A DNA stretch of 64,000 nucleotides from Podarcis melisellensis (Eukaryota). Position 1 is the first letter of the stretch; each line of letters begins with the position of its first letter. The notes under the pieces were generated by a model. The model was not told the origin of the DNA, searched no databases, and saw only the letters and a list, made by a program, of their open reading frames with translations. The position numbers and the translations under genes were made by a program. Shown here in pieces: positions 47,741-61,895 of this stretch. The stretch lies in the NCBI GenBank assembly GCA_964234715.1, contig OZ174281.1, one strand, 5' to 3'.

Positions 47741-49623
47741 ACGTAGAAGAGATTATGCACGCAAAATGATAGGGGCAAGTCTGAATATGGCAACTGCCAC
47801 ATCTGATATGTAACATGAAAAGAGAGCCAGAATCAGATTGAGGGGCTCGTCCCCTTTTCCACAGAAACTCAAGAGAAAGGTCAACATTAGCATGGTAGCT
47901 GAGAACACATCCCTTCCCTCCTTACATAACAAAGTATATGAAAGTTGACTTTGCACGTAAGATGAACTTGATGGAACTTCATCATCATAAGTGCTGGAAC
48001 TCATACCAATTTAATGAATTTTGAGGTTGACTGGTTTGCAGTTAGCAAAAGAGCTTCCCTCACCACCTGACATATACTAGTCACTGTGTCTAATGCCTTT
48101 TCCTGACGCCTGGGGGTTTAATAGCATATACTAGCCATATGCCAAATCAGATTTCTGTGCTACTTAGGTAAATATGCTATAGTTCTTACATCAAGTTTCA
48201 TTAAAGAAAAAAACACACCCATGAATTGTATCAAAGGTTTAAGATGTGCAAATAATAATCCAGGTCACAATTAGCATTTAGAGGAAGGCTCAGCAAATTT
48301 CAAGGGAAGGATCAACCAACAGTGATTTAAGTAGCCTTTAAAATGCATTTGCTTCCTTTCCTTCTGCTTTCAGAATTCATATTAGTTGCTTTTTTAAAAA
48401 GAAAAAAGAAAAAAATATATAAAGGGAACTTTTCAGCACTAGTGGAAGAGGAACATTTTTTTAAGCCAAGTAAACAGTAAGTGAGTATTGTATTCTCTGC
48501 CTCCACCAATTTTATAGCCACAAAAATATGAAGGTGAAATGTGTGATTTATCTAGTACAGTTATTCAAATATTGTATTATGACAATAGGAAAAAAACGCA
48601 ACAACCCCAAAACTGATTATTTATGCTAAGGATAAAATTTTCCAAATTAGGCATATAGTTTAGGACATTTTTCTATTTGGCAATCACTAGGCTTGTGTTA
48701 CGCACAGCAAATATGTGAAGAATAGATGACTGCTATGTGTCAGTACATTCCAGTGGGCATATTCCCACTGGGGGTGGGGTCCTCAGTTGGATCACAAAGC
48801 CAAGATCTGTGAGTATGAATGCTTAAGGACATGCACGTGTCATTCATACTTTTTTTGCTGTAGAAAACAGCCAGGTACCACATGCTAAGTGTGGATCAAC
48901 ACTTAGCAACTACTTGAAAGAAACATGGTCTGCAACGCAGCTATGTCATCTGTGCAACCTCATGAAAGATCTTGTTTCCAACAAACCTAGAATACTGAAG
49001 CCAGGACTGGGCCCTTCAGGCAGCAGGTGCTTGGGGTGGGGGCAGGGGTAGCCCATTCTATTTTGATGCCGAAGCCTCACTCACAAGGATTGGGGAGGGG
49101 GGGGTGGCAGCAGCAGCTTATGCCACGATCTTGTCAGAAACCACTGCCACGCAATGGTGATGGGACCTCTTCATGGGGTTCCTCCACCTGAGGTGGCTGC
49201 TTCAGTCCACCTCATGGGCAGCCTGGGCCTGGGTGGAAGTGCTGAGATGTTGGACATTATATGTGCCAAACAGCTAACCCTGTGCCACTTAAGTTAGCTT
49301 GCTCTGCTCCTGCCTAGCAAAGGATAATTTCCCCCAGCTCCAGGATTGAAGACTTGAGTTTGGTTCTGTACATAGCATGGCAGGATGGCCTTTTGTTCCC
49401 TCACCAAAAGGAGCAAAATATCTTGGGCTCTGCTTACAGCAATGCAGTAGGATTTATTTGTGCATCCATGCAAGAGACAATAGTCATTGCTTTGTGTAAT
49501 GCTTTCTTTGCAGGGTAGGCATAGAGAAGAATGGAGATAGTATATGCAGTTTACCAATGCCTTTCAATTTCCATGAATTTGTGCAAATCTTTGCTCAGGG
49601 CTTTTTGTTTTGTATGGACTCCA

Positions 49624-49665
49624 ACACACACACACACACACACACAAACACAAACACACACACAC
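49624..49665. repeat. Interrupted (AC)n microsatellite
   Basis: Directly visible. Confidence 0.9.
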
Positions 49666-51254
49666 AGCAAATTGTGCACCCATTAAATCCAAACAGTTAT
49701 GCCCTCTCCTCCACCTAACTTGCCCTATTAGTCACTCTGTATTGGGTGCTAGTTTCCTGATATGACCAAGTGGGCATTTTATTAGACTGCTATCTTATGG
49801 TAAAATTTGGAAAACTTACATTGGAGCACCACCCAATTACACAATCTGAGGTTTTCCCAAGCTGTACAATAAGCCACCTTGTCAGGGGTCCAGCAGCAAA
49901 ACAAAAACCTTCAGTAAATTATTGATTGCCTGCCCACACAAAAATGAGAACCCATCCTTTATCAGGATGCTTCTTTTATAAGCAGCCTGGAACCAGTTGA
50001 AATTTTGTAGCTTCATTGGTTGTTGTTGGTTTTTTTTTTTTTTTTAGAATGCCATTGTGAGAATTACATGCACACAAACCAGGTCTATTCATAGATGATG
50101 AATACATGGCAGTTAAGCAGTAACTAACCAACTACTTTCAATAATATTTTGAAGGCCTCAAAATGGGAGAACCCATATTTCACAGATTTTTGAACGTTAG
50201 CTATAACCCAACCAATGCAGAATGCACTTCAGGTCAAGGTAATAGGCAACTTAAGGCTGCCATGTGACAAATATATATTTGGAAGGAAGTTTCATTGAGC
50301 TCACTATGACTTACCGTACTTCAGGAAAAGCATGCCTAGGACTGAACTGTAAGTCACATCAATTTCAGTAACAGAGGCCATGCTGGATTCCAAACAAAAC
50401 AAAACATTGCAAACTTGTACCTTTGTTAGGTGAACCCAAATGTTACAAAATAGCGAACAAGGTTCTGAGTTCTCCAAGTTCGATGTTAAGTGATTGTTGC
50501 GGGGAGCTGTTCTCAGCCGTAATCAGGAATCTAAGAGCAGATAGATCTCTTAAGTGATATGTAGGTTTCAGGTCACAGCTAGAAATGCTGGAATACACCC
50601 CCCCCCCCATGGCTGATTCCCTCTTCTTAAAAATAAATAAATAAATCCAGTACTTGCCTGGGATCTGGGGTAAGGAGAAACATAACAATTTTTATCAGTG
50701 CTGTGCTGATTTTTTTCTCCTGCATTTTTGAAACCATTCTCCCATCGATTAATGAAAAAAAGAAATTGAACTTGAAAATTATCAGTGGAGGGGGAAAAAT
50801 CAGAGAACTACTCATAGGTGAGGTGTGGGGGTTTGTTGCACTTAACTTACTTTAGAGCTGGCCAAGGGGTATTTGCAAGTGTCCTTTCTTCCATTTTACA
50901 AATAATTTCTGCTGTGTTCCCAGGTGCCTGGGTGGTGGGTGTTCCCCAAGTCCTGCACAATACAAGTTTCTTTGGAGGCTTACCTATCCCACCTGTCCAG
51001 AGTTCTGGGGTTTCAGTGGGTGATGGTGCAGGATGGCCTCTTTACTAGGGTTGTCACTCCCCTTCAACTAGGTTGGCTCAACTGAAAATACTGCAGGCCG
51101 GATCTGCAAAGCTGAAGGCTTGAATTCCCTCACTGTTTTGGTTTTCCCTGAAGGCATGCTACTAATTTAATAGTGACTTAGTTCATGCATAACTTGCTTT
51201 CTCAACTCCTCATTTCCTCCTTAGGTTGCAACTGCAATTCACCATACTGTAACC

Positions 51255-51390
51255 CAGGCATCCCCAACCTGCGGCCCTCCAGATGTTTTGGCCTACAACT
51301 CCCATGATCCCTAGCTAACAGGACCAGTGGTCAGGGATGATGGGAATTGTAGTCCAAAACATCTGGAGGGCCAAAGGTTGGGGACACCTG
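51255..51390. mobile_element. 136-bp palindromic hAT MITE
   Basis: Long inverted arms; perfect 8-bp TSD ctgtaacc (51247-51254, 51391-51398). Confidence 0.92.
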
Positions 51391-52061
51391 CTGTAACCGC
51401 AATGCCTAAACTGACTTCAAGTTTTTGCAGTGGTCTGCACAGTCACTAGGCTGATGGGATTCTTTAAGAATGGAACAAACTTTTAAATTTGTATTGAGTT
51501 GTTAAAGATGATACACCAGACACTAGTATATTCTCTTCCACTCTTATGATAGCATTGCTTCTCCCATGCTGTGCAGAAGAGAAACAAGGCTTATTCAACA
51601 AGAAATGACTATTGGATACTGGGATCCTCACAGGAATAAACATTTTCCTTTTTAAAAAATGCCCTGCTTTCTTGTGCAGATAACGAGATCAGGAATTGTG
51701 AACAACAAAGCATTATTCTCTTAATATTATCAGCATCTTTGATGACAATAGAAATGGCGCAGGTAACTCTTCCTTGCCAAATTGCTGAGATAAATAATAA
51801 GTGTGATCATCTTTGGACTTCACAGACCTTGAAGGGAATAACAGTTTTATATAGAGGCTGGCTAGCTCAGGGAATTGGTTAGGGAAAACAGAGAAATGCA
51901 CATTTATATATCATCAGCACTGACGCCTTTAGGTTTTGATGCCAGCTGAAAACTCTCCCCACCACCACCACCTGGCTTTCCTTTGTCTGAATTTAGGTTT
52001 GCTGCTTTCTGCACTTTGCTGGTTGATTTCTGCCTTTGCATTTGTGATGGCTGTATATCTT

Positions 52062-52420
52062 GCGAGCAATCCTATGCACAAGAAGCAATCCTATGCACAA
52101 GAATCTGACACAATGCAGACCAGTGCAAGTTAAAGCAGCACAAAGTTACATCAGATCCAAACCCCATTCAGTAGCAGGGCTAATGCCTTAGCATGGCAGA
52201 AGAAAAACAAGCCTTTAAAATACTGTTCTATGCTATCTTTCCAGGCCATGGGACTGAGCTGAATGGGCTTAGGATCCAGTATAAGTCTCCCCTTTCCATT
52301 CTAACCCCCCACCAGACCTCCCAGAATGCCCCATTTTAGGAGTTGCACTGGCATCTGTTCAGTCTGCTTCAGCTCAGCCATTTGAACCCCATCTGAGCCA
52401 GAATGAACAAGATACAGAGA
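52062..52420. mobile_element. Old interspersed repeat, copy 2 (with 19-bp tandem duplication at its start)
   Basis: Collinear with 25572-25990; agcaatcctatgcacaaga repeated at 52065-52083 and 52084-52102. Confidence 0.6.
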
Positions 52421-53583
52421 TATCTCTTTGGTTGACCTGGTATTGGGGACTTAAGGTTGGCCAGGAAACAGCCTGTTGAGCTGCAGATCCCCTGCATTCT
52501 AAGTTGTTCATTCTGGTGGATTTTAAAGGAAGCTTCCTCCTACCTCCTACCCAAAGCTGAAGGAACAAGCCTCTTTGAATCATTTATACAATCTACAATT
52601 TTCATAATCCTAATTATAGTTTAAAGTTTATTTAAATGATAAAAAATGAAGCCAAGGTAAGTAGCTCTGTTTAGTTACATTGACCTCAGGGAGGGCTACT
52701 GTATTAGAAACTAATAACCGGGAGGTTATTTACATAGTCAGTTTACTGGAGACTGACTGAGCAATTTGCAGTAAAATATAAACTTTGTTTTTCTTGATGC
52801 CTAACAGAGTTTGGTGTTCTATTTTCTTGTGAAACCCCAGTGGAAAACATGCTTTTACTGTGAAACTAATCCAACTAGATATCTTCACAATCTTAATAGG
52901 CAAAGTGGATTGACCTCAGTTCATCTTCATGGAGCTTAGAACAAATTGATCAATTTACTTTCTAAATAATTACCATTTGAATGTTGATTTTCCTTTCCCT
53001 CAGATTAGCACTTTAAAAAGCTTGTATCTAGTCATTTTAATTCAGGGTAGCTTCACTGCAGAGAGAGTGCCCAGCAGATACAGGAGACAAGAATCTACTG
53101 ATTCTGGGTAATGAAGATTTATTTATTTACCCTTTTGTTAAAGTATGGGAAAAGAAATAAAAATCCAGAAATAGATTTGCCTATAACTGTGGGGGTCAAA
53201 GAGCTTCATACCCGATTCTTTAAATTCAACCTTCAATAGCCAAAAGATTGGGTTTCTGTTGATGGAACAAAATGAACCCTATTTTAAACACAATCTACTC
53301 AGAAGCAAGGTTATGAAATTTAAGGATAAAGTGAATCAGATGGGAGAAAAGATAAGAATTATTAAGACATAGATAATAATCAACACTGGGAGCTTGCCTT
53401 TTGATTGACTTATATATCAGCATTCAACATGGTGTCATTTTTTTTTAAGAACTGCAAATATTTCATCTCTGAGGAGCTTGAACCGACCATAAGTCCTCTT
53501 ATTCCTACTATTCCTTGATATTGAGCAGGGCTGGTAAAACTCTGGTTCAGGGATGGTCCAATAAATTGTTCTGCCTGACATAA

Positions 53584-53935
53584 GTAAAGGTAAAGGTACC
53601 CCTGCCCGTGCGGGCCAGTCTTGACAGACTCTGGGGTTGTGCGCCCATCTCACTTAAGAGGCCAGGGGCCAGCGCTGTCCGGAGACACTTCCGGGTCACG
53701 TGGCCAGTGTGACATTGCTGCTCTGGCGAGCCAGAGCCGCACACGGAAACGCCGTTTACCTTCCCGCTGGTAAGCGGTCCCTATTTATCTACTTGCACCC
53801 GGAGGTGCTTTCGAACTGCTAGGTTGGCAGGCGCTGGGACCGAGCAGCGGGAGCGCACCCCGCCGCAGGGATTTGAACCGCCGACCTTTCGATCGGCAAG
53901 TCCTAGGCGCTGAGGCTTTAACCCACAGCGCCACC
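53584..53935 (-). mobile_element. Sauria SINE (young, CpG-rich)
   Basis: (ACCTTT)n tail read as gtaaaggtaaagg; conserved cctatttatctacttgcac and ctttcgaactgctaggttggcagg; tRNA-like head ending acccacagcgccacc. Confidence 0.93.
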
Positions 53936-55329
53936 ATAGGACCCCATTATTTCTAGAGTCAACACTTCTTCAAAAAAGTATTGTTGTATTATTCCCATAC
54001 TAATTCCTACCTTCCTCTTGCTTCCATCATGCTTGCGTGCTTCAGGAGTCAGGACTCCTTATTATCTCTATTCTACATGCTTGTTCCATACACTATGAAT
54101 GTTGAGCGCTGGTTGTTATGTAAAGTGAGTGATCATTATTTGTTTCCCTTTCAAGACAATCAAAAACTGAGGCACTCTGTCGAATGGTAGGGCTGACCCT
54201 AGAAAATATATGGAATCTGCATGGTGGTTTCTACTTTATTATTATTATTTATTAAATTTGTATACCACCCTCTTCCCACGTCTCAGGGCAGTTCACAGGC
54301 TAATCTACACCTTTAGAGCTGATTCACATAATGTGCAAATCCTTATATTTTTTCCCCCAGTGGATAATCAGAATCAAATGTGGCATGTATGTTTTTTTAT
54401 CTTTCTCTACTCTAAAGTTGGATGTTTTAAATCCATATTTCCCAAGATGTTATTTTAAAAAGAAGGGTCGTGACACTTTTTACCTTTTCCTGTCTACTGC
54501 TATCCTGTGCGGTCTATTTCTTTCTGTAGAGAATCTCAACCTTTATGTAACAAATGCATGTCAGGAGACATAAATCAAAATATATCATCTGAAATGTATA
54601 TCCAGTAGAAATGAAGATGACTTGGCCTGAGTATTTTATTTTTTGACATGCTGCTCCTAGTTGATAATGTCAGTGCTATATATTGCCTTCAGCTATACTA
54701 AGAATCCTTGCTTATGGATTAAAATAAAGATTCACCCATGATATACTGCTGCAATCCCATGCCTGTTATGTGCATCTTTGGGTTACACACATATATACCC
54801 ATGTGCCATCCCATTCTGGACTCCATTTCTACACAGAAAATCCTTTCTGTGTAATCTTGTCAATTCATTTAAATGAAAAGGCTACCTCTGAACACTCGGT
54901 TTTCTGGGTGCATCAACATCAAAACTGATGGAGTACCCCCACACCTACAAGAGACTGCTAGACCAACACAATTCCAAGCACATATTTGCTTTACTGAAGT
55001 AGTAGACCAAATCATATGCTTTTAGAAAGCACCATTTTAGGAATCCTCTTAGCTCCTGAAATTAAGCCATCTGTATAGACCCCTTTAAAAAAATAGAGGA
55101 CTGTATGGAATGATTTGGCATAAAGCAGTATATAAATTCAATAAACAGCAGCAGCAACAGCAACAGTAGAGTATTTCATTTACATGACCCCTAAATTTTG
55201 GGGGACAGTGCTAAATCTGAAATAGCAAATAGTCAGGTGCATTTTGAGAAAAGGTGGAGTGGAGGGAGCAGAAAAATACATAAAACCAGTGAATAAGCAA
55301 CAAGGGACAGAAATGTTCCTGTTACGTTA

Positions 55330-55830
55330 AAGGGGTCAAGGCTCAAAGGTGAAAAGAATTCATAGAGTCGTTATGATTAAGGGTAGGTTTTTAAATGGTT
55401 TTGATAAAGGCTTGTAAAACAGCCAAGAGAGATCCTGCAATTTTAATGTTAAGTGGCTTCTGTATTGGAAAAATGCCCAAGGGCCATGTCTAGCACGGTC
55501 ACTTACAAATGACTGATGGGAGATCAATACAGACAGAGTGGGAATGCAGCTTTGTCACTAGGATATGTAGTTAGTATGTGATTAGCTTTAAGTATCACTG
55601 ACTTAGATGTAGATGGGCAGTAAAGTGCTTAGCAGCCAGTCAGCATGATGGCTGCACGTACACAGCAGTTAATGGAGCAAAAGCAGTGTATTATCATTAG
55701 GCATCCAGGAGGGCACACTGAGCCCATTTTGGAGTTTTAAGAGCAGGTCAGCAGAGCTTGTGCTCTTAACTAAATACATCTGTTGAAGGCATTTGTTTAG
55801 CTTTTCTCTGTAGGAAGTCCACTTCTAGGA
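55330..55830 (-). mobile_element. Possible ancient L2 remnant
   Basis: Faint minus-strand KLQN...LLH*L pattern; heavily decayed. Confidence 0.25.
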
Positions 55831-57429
55831 TTCGGAAAGATCAAGCATCTCTTCAAACCTCTTCAAACATTATGACAGAAGGAGCAAAACTGGACCATAG
55901 TGAAAAAGTAAAACAAAACAAAACAAAACGCACCACCTAAGCCTTATGACTGGAGAAACATAAAAGAATATGTCTTTTTGAGGTTTGAATGGCCAAAAGA
56001 ATTAAGAAGAATAAAGTTTTTCACTTTTGGTAGCCATCTTCCTTAGTTGTTCCATTTTTCGGGAATGTTTCCAACTTTCATTAGATATTTATTTACCCTG
56101 GCATTTCTCAATTCTCAATGTGTGTGTTTTTAATTAGGAAGGTTGAAGCATTAAAATCGTGAGTTAGATATTTAGTAAATTAAAAATACAGCTGCTAGCT
56201 GCTAGAAGGCCAACTTATTTCCATCTTTTGTTTCTTTTGCAAACAAGTCCATGTGGAGGAGAAGAGTGGGTGTTCCAGCCTGAATTAAGTCTACCGAAGT
56301 GAGAGACAGGAATAAACTTATCAGTTCCTTTATAATTGTTAAGCCATTGTCATCACCTGCTAATTTTTTTTGTTTGGTAACTTCTGTTTCTTTCTGATAA
56401 TGCAATATGAAATGTTTTTTTAAATGCTAGGTCGTCAAATAAGCCACATAAATAGAAATGCTATGATATTTGATGCTATGGTGAACGTGAAGGAAATACT
56501 TGTTATTAAAGAGTCTTGGCTCTTTTGTCTAAATCACCTAAAGTTATCTTCACTGCTGACATTGACATGGCTTTGCTACTGTGATTGTAACACACTGTGG
56601 TGGTTTTTCTGGGGGTTATTCAGAAGATGCTGCCTTGAGATCCTTGGTTGGACATAATGGCCTTTAGATTCTTCTTGTCATTCCAAACATATACAAAATT
56701 TCATCCATCCATGAGTTTTAGTTGGTTAAAGTGGTGGTTTAAATAAATCAAAAATCAAAAATCTGTTAAATAAAGCTATCAAGTCTTCCATCCTTTTCGC
56801 AATGACCTTCCACTTGTCATTTCTCTCACTAGCAAAGAGTGTTCTCACATTTCAGTCTTGTGGCGTACATGCTGAAATTATTTTTCTGGTGTCCTAATCT
56901 TTCCAAGGCCATGAATATGCCAGTAATCTGCAGCCTAGGGCTATCACTTGCCATCTTAATGGACCCTTAGAATGCAGTTAATTACAGAGAGAAATTTGGG
57001 TATCCAACTGTCAAGGGAAGCTGATGCACTTACATGCCACAGCATTTGGAGTGTTCCTGCTGCAATGATCTCCATTTCAATGAACTTTAACATTCTTACA
57101 CACTTTCCCACTTAAAATGGAGGTGACCCAGAAAAGCCCAAGGCTTAATGTAGACTATCATAAGCATAATATTTGAGCGGGACTTTCAGCAGTATCCATA
57201 TAATCACCATTACCCTCCCTGCCATTAAACTACTATAATGCACATATCATCACCTAATTAAAACTGGACCAAAGCCACTAATGAAACTGTGATGTGGGTC
57301 ACTGAATCTTAAAGCATTTGTACAAAAGTGAAGGGTGCTGCCTGGGAGGTGCAATGCTATCTCCCATGCACTCGGTTCAGTTATATATTTATTATCATGA
57401 GTAGCAATACTCTCCTCCTGCTATTCTTA

Positions 57430-57775
57430 AAAATGTTTATAGGCCACCTTCATGACTCACTCAAGGCGGCTTACACCAGAAAATATGAAAATAAAGCTTA
57501 TAATAGAGACAAGGAAAAAAATTCTACTACTTCTTCTACATTCACAGCATTAATAAACCAATAGTAATAAAACCTAATTCAACCAGAGACTAAAATACAA
57601 TTTAACAGCTTTAGCAGCCTCAAAGAGCAGAAAGGTATCTCTCAAGAGTAAGCTACCAAGGGAGGAAAAGGGTCTTCAGGGCCTTTCAGAAGATCTGCAA
57701 TGTAATAATTTCATGGAGGTCTGCTGGAAATGAATGCCAGAGCCATGGGGCCACCATGGAGGTCCACTCCCTTGT
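57430..57775 (-). mobile_element. L2 LINE 3' end
   Basis: SMVAPWLWHSFPADLHEIITLQIF*KALKTLF matches L2 FS..AP.LWNSLP...F.K.LKT.LF; tail tgtaagccgccttgag...ctataaacattt. Confidence 0.7.
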
Positions 57776-57888
57776 GCCTATAAACTTCACTAAACATGTA
57801 TGTGATGAGAGTTCAGTGTTAGGCATCTGCTTAGCATTCTGCTTGTGTCTGCATGGTTCCTTTTAAATAATTCTCTCTCTTAAAAATA

Positions 57889-58134
57889 CAGTGGTACAGT
57901 ACCTCTGGTTACGAACTTAATTTGTTTCAGAGGTCCGTACTTAACCTGAAACCGTTCTTAACCTGAGGCGTGCTTTCACTAATGGGGCCTCCCGCTGCTG
58001 CTGAGCTGCCGCTGCACAATTTCTGTTCTCATCCTGAGGTAAAGTTCTTAACCCGAGGTACTACTTCCGGGTTAGCAGAGTCTATAACCCGAAGTGTTTG
58101 TAACCCGAGGTGTTTGCAAACCGAGGTACCACTG
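57889..58134. mobile_element. Tc1/mariner (Tigger-like) MITE
   Basis: TA|CAGTGGTA(CAGTA)CCTC...GAGGTACCACTG|TA; same family as 2374 and 23662. Confidence 0.9.
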
Positions 58135-58258
58135 TATTAATTTTCAATGCTGATGAAAATGTACAGCTTTTTTAAACAAATGTTCTGATTTAAAGTTCAA
58201 CATGGTATTCAACATGGTATTCTCTCTCCTCCTTCCCAGTTGGATATCTCCATTGTGA

Positions 58259-58736
58259 CATCACCTTGCTGACAAAGGTCCGTATAATTAAAGCTATGGT
58301 TTTCCAAGTAGTGATGTATGGAAGTGAGAGCTGGACCATAAAGAAGGCTGGTCGCCGAAGAATTGATGCTTTTGAATTATGGCGCTGGAGGAGACTCTTG
58401 AGAGTCCCATGGACTGCAAGAAGATCAAACCTAGCCATTCTTAAGGAAATCAGCCCTGAGTGCTGACTGGAAGGACAGATCCTGAAGCTGAGGCTCCAAT
58501 ACTTTGGCCACCTCATGAGAAGAGAAGACTCCCTGGAAAAGACCCTGATGTTGGGAAAGATTGAGGGCACAAGGAGAAGGGGATGACAGAGGACAAGATG
58601 GTTGGATAGTGTTCTTGAAGCTACCAGCATGAGTCTGACCAAACTGTGGGAGGCAGTGGAAGACAGGAGTGCCTGGCGTGCCCTGGTCCATGGGGTCACG
58701 AAGAGTCGGACACGACTAAATGACTAAACAACAACA
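58259..58736 (+). mobile_element. 5'-truncated Bov-B (RTE) LINE
   Basis: LTKVRIIKAMVFQVVMYGSESWTIKKA.RRRIDAFELW..RRLLRVPWTARRSN...LEKTLMLGKIEG; 3' end ggggtcacgaagagtcggacacgact + (AAC)n; 7-bp TSD attgtga (58252-58258, 58737-58743); in-frame stops. Confidence 0.95.
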
Positions 58737-58985
58737 ATTGTGAAAGTAACTAATAGGTATGGGTGGCTGCTGCTGTTCTTTAAAATTAGCCCCAGTGAGT
58801 GGATAAAGCCTATCAAATTTCATATAAATAGGTTTAAGACGTAAGGACTTGAAAAAGCCTTGTTTTTAAAGGAAAAATTCATAGTAAAACTGAATGAATT
58901 TTCAGGCATAGTAGCCCTTTCTGAGTTGATGGAGCCTGTACATCCTATACATTTCCAGAAGTATAGATGTAGAGCAGTTGGTGCA

Positions 58986-59110
58986 AGAATCATAGAGTTG
59001 GAAGCAACAATGAGGGTCATTTAGTTCAAGCAACTGCAATGCAGGAATCTTTTCCCCACCACAGGGCTTGAACCCACAATCCTGACATTAAGAGTTTACC
59101 AACTGAGTTT
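58986..59110 (-). mobile_element. tRNA-Lys-headed SINE with CR1-like tail
   Basis: gggcttgaacccaca.tcctga.attaagag..taccaactgag is reverse-complemented tRNA-Lys(CTT)-like; agaatcatagagttggaag...tgcaatgcaggaatc is a CR1-like tail. Confidence 0.7.
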
Positions 59111-59994
59111 TCCCTTCCTTCTGCCAGGTATTTTCTTACATTGCCTCAAGTTTTAAAAAGAGCCAAATATATATGAGGGAAAAAAATAATCTAAATCCAG
59201 TGATTCATCCCAGTCGCTGAAAGCAGAACTCTTCTATGGCTGCAAATAAACTGCTTGTGATTGTGGATATAGATATGATTGACTTTCCTTTCTAAAGCTC
59301 CCCAATGACCCTGCGGTTTCACCATTTTGGCAGTGCAAAGCAAAATAATTAATTTAGTCGAAATCCAAACATATTTATAACTTCATTATTGAACTTGTTT
59401 GTGGTGGGAGGTTTTTGTTTTGTTTCGTTTTTGGTCTTGTCAATAGTTACTTTGCAAAAATACAGCTGCAGCTGCCAAGGAGATGATTCTTATGAAGAGA
59501 GAAGCTAAGCAAAGCTTATTATTGATCAGTAGACTCAGACATTAATGGAAATAGCTAAATTGGAAAAGATCCTCTTTACACACTATGGCAAATTGTATTT
59601 ATTTGATCAGGTAGGGCAACCTTTTATTGAACGGTGTACAGCCTTTGCTGTTAAACAGGCTTATTTTCATTTTTGCACAGCTTCAAATAGTTCTGGAGAT
59701 GGCAACATTTCCTTTTTTTATTCTCTCTCCGTAGCTCTCTTTTCCTATCAAGGTTTGAACCAAATCTTGATTCTTTCTATATATTACATGAAATGTATTG
59801 CTGCAGCTTATCTCCGTGGGTTTTCTATACAGCCCTTTTGCCTTCACTGGACTTGGGATGCCATTTATTCCTCCTAAAATTGGGAAATATTCCTCATACG
59901 TAAAGATCACACTTTGAGCACACACATGCTCACTATACACACCCTCTCTACATAACAACACACACACACACACAAAGAGAGAGATCACCTAGGC

Positions 59995-60132
59995 CAGCGT
60001 TTCTCAACCTGTGGGTCCCCAGATGTTGTTGGACTACAATTCCCATCACCACTAGCTAGCAAGGCCAAAGGTCAGGGATAATGGGAGTTGTAGTCCAACA
60101 ACATCTGGGGACCCACAGGTTGAGAACCACTG
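59995..60132. mobile_element. Palindromic hAT-Charlie MITE (138 bp)
   Basis: TIRs cagcgtttctcaacc / ggttgagaaccactg; long inverted arms; flanks acctaggc / actaggc (TSD with a 1-nt deletion). Confidence 0.88.
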
Positions 60133-61470
60133 ACTAGGCTTTTCTCCTTAAACCCCATCACTGCGTCTCTCAATTTTCCTCCTCATCACTCTATAGGTTC
60201 CTCTTATTTTCTTGTAGCAGGAGCACGGCGGTGGAATACGGCATTTCTGATGTTAGATATATTTCAATAAATAAATACAAATCTGATGAGGGCCAAAAAC
60301 ATGCCTTTATTTCCACCCTGCACTTCCTGAAAAGCTCTGCATGTTAAACTTTCTTCTTCCAAATGTCCAAAATAAGAACAAGTTTTGACAAGACAGAGTT
60401 TGATTGAAACAGCACGACACTGGCAAATTGCACACTCCACTGGAATTTGGACTTTGCCCATCTACAAGGTACTGATTATATTGTGCATGCCTTGGCCTGT
60501 GCCACATATGAGGAAAGATTCCTTTTTGGACTTTTGCACATAGAAAAGAGGGAGGATTTTACACACTGGGGATGAATGTTAGAAAGAAAAGAATGGGCAT
60601 TGCGGAAATCAATCTCTCTTTTATACACTTCCAAATTATTCTCCTAAAAGAGAGGCCTCCAGCCGCTCTGTCAGTCATGATAAAGCTATCACTCTGAGAT
60701 ATATTACAGGTTTTCTTTTCATGTTTTCAATGGAAAACATCCCACAGGTGTGTTTACATTACCGGAAAATATATGAAGATTAATTATATGTCTGAGGCCT
60801 GAAATTTATCAACATATATTTTTTGAAGATTTCAGCTGGCTTAAAATGAATGGCTTTTAAAACATGCTAGCTAGAAAGTTTTGAGGAAAATAAAGCACTT
60901 TCAGGAACACGCACACACAACACCCAGAAATAACTGATCTATTTTAGTGAGTTTGTGGCAGAAGTCTATTCTTTCTATTGTTTGGATAAAATGTAGGTGA
61001 GGAAAAACAGTGAAGAACCAAACTTTTTTTAAAAAAATAAAACCAGTTGATTGTTCTCTGAAATAAGATAAGTCTGACCACCAGAAGCCAAACAGCACAA
61101 CTTCTTTAATAGCAGAACCCAGCCTTTCAGCAGCACTAACTAGATCATTGCTATTAAACTGTACCACCAAGTACAACCGCTTTAGAAAGGATTGCAAGCA
61201 AGGCTGGAGCTGTGACTGGGAGAGTGTATTCTCCAGCTCAACATCCCTGAGTCTAGGCCTTGAGATGTAGAAGAGGCTGGATTGTGGAGAGACTACTGTT
61301 ATGTAGACAAGCAAAGGTCGAAGAACTAGTATATATACCAAAAATTTCATGTTGCCTGCCAGGTATAAGGGCTGCTATACTCATAGGCCCTTGTGCACCA
61401 AAAGGGAACTTTGACATTGAAATACAGACATCCCCAGGTATTGACATAAGCTAAGACTTGGCTTCAGACC

Positions 61471-61895
61471 CAGAGATGGGTGAATCTGTCAATCTCATCT
61501 ACTCTCAGTTTCTCAGTTCCTCATTTTCCCAATCTTAAATTTAATTCTCTGCATTTCTACAGTGATTTATGGTTTGTTTGTTTTTTAAAAAAATCCTCGT
61601 TGAAAATTCACCATAATTTTATGTGAATTTTTCCCAATAGACACATTCTTCATGAAATTCTGACTAGCCCGCCCCCATTTGTTTGCCAGTTTCCCCTAAC
61701 ATAATGCATTTTGTATGTTATTTTCATGAATGCATGTATTTTTATGCTCACCTTGCCCTAATATACCCGTTTTATGCAAATTTTGTGATTGGAGAACTGC
61801 GCTGCAAAGTATTGAAGTGCATATTTCAAAGGATAATTGTGCTTCGATTCACATATTGGTTCAAAAAAATGAAAACAATTTCTCTGTCATCCCTC
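61471..61895. mobile_element. Squamate hAT-type MITE (same family as 201-1110)
   Basis: cagagatggg...catccct ends; flanks ttcagacc/ctcacacc (6/8). Confidence 0.75.

Noticed and set aside
58190-58699. 169-aa minus-strand ORF
   Set aside because: Antisense shadow of the Bov-B coding fragment.
58986-59110. Possible tRNA-Lys gene
   Set aside because: Internally deleted, cannot form a cloverleaf and is fused to a CR1 tail; it is a SINE head.
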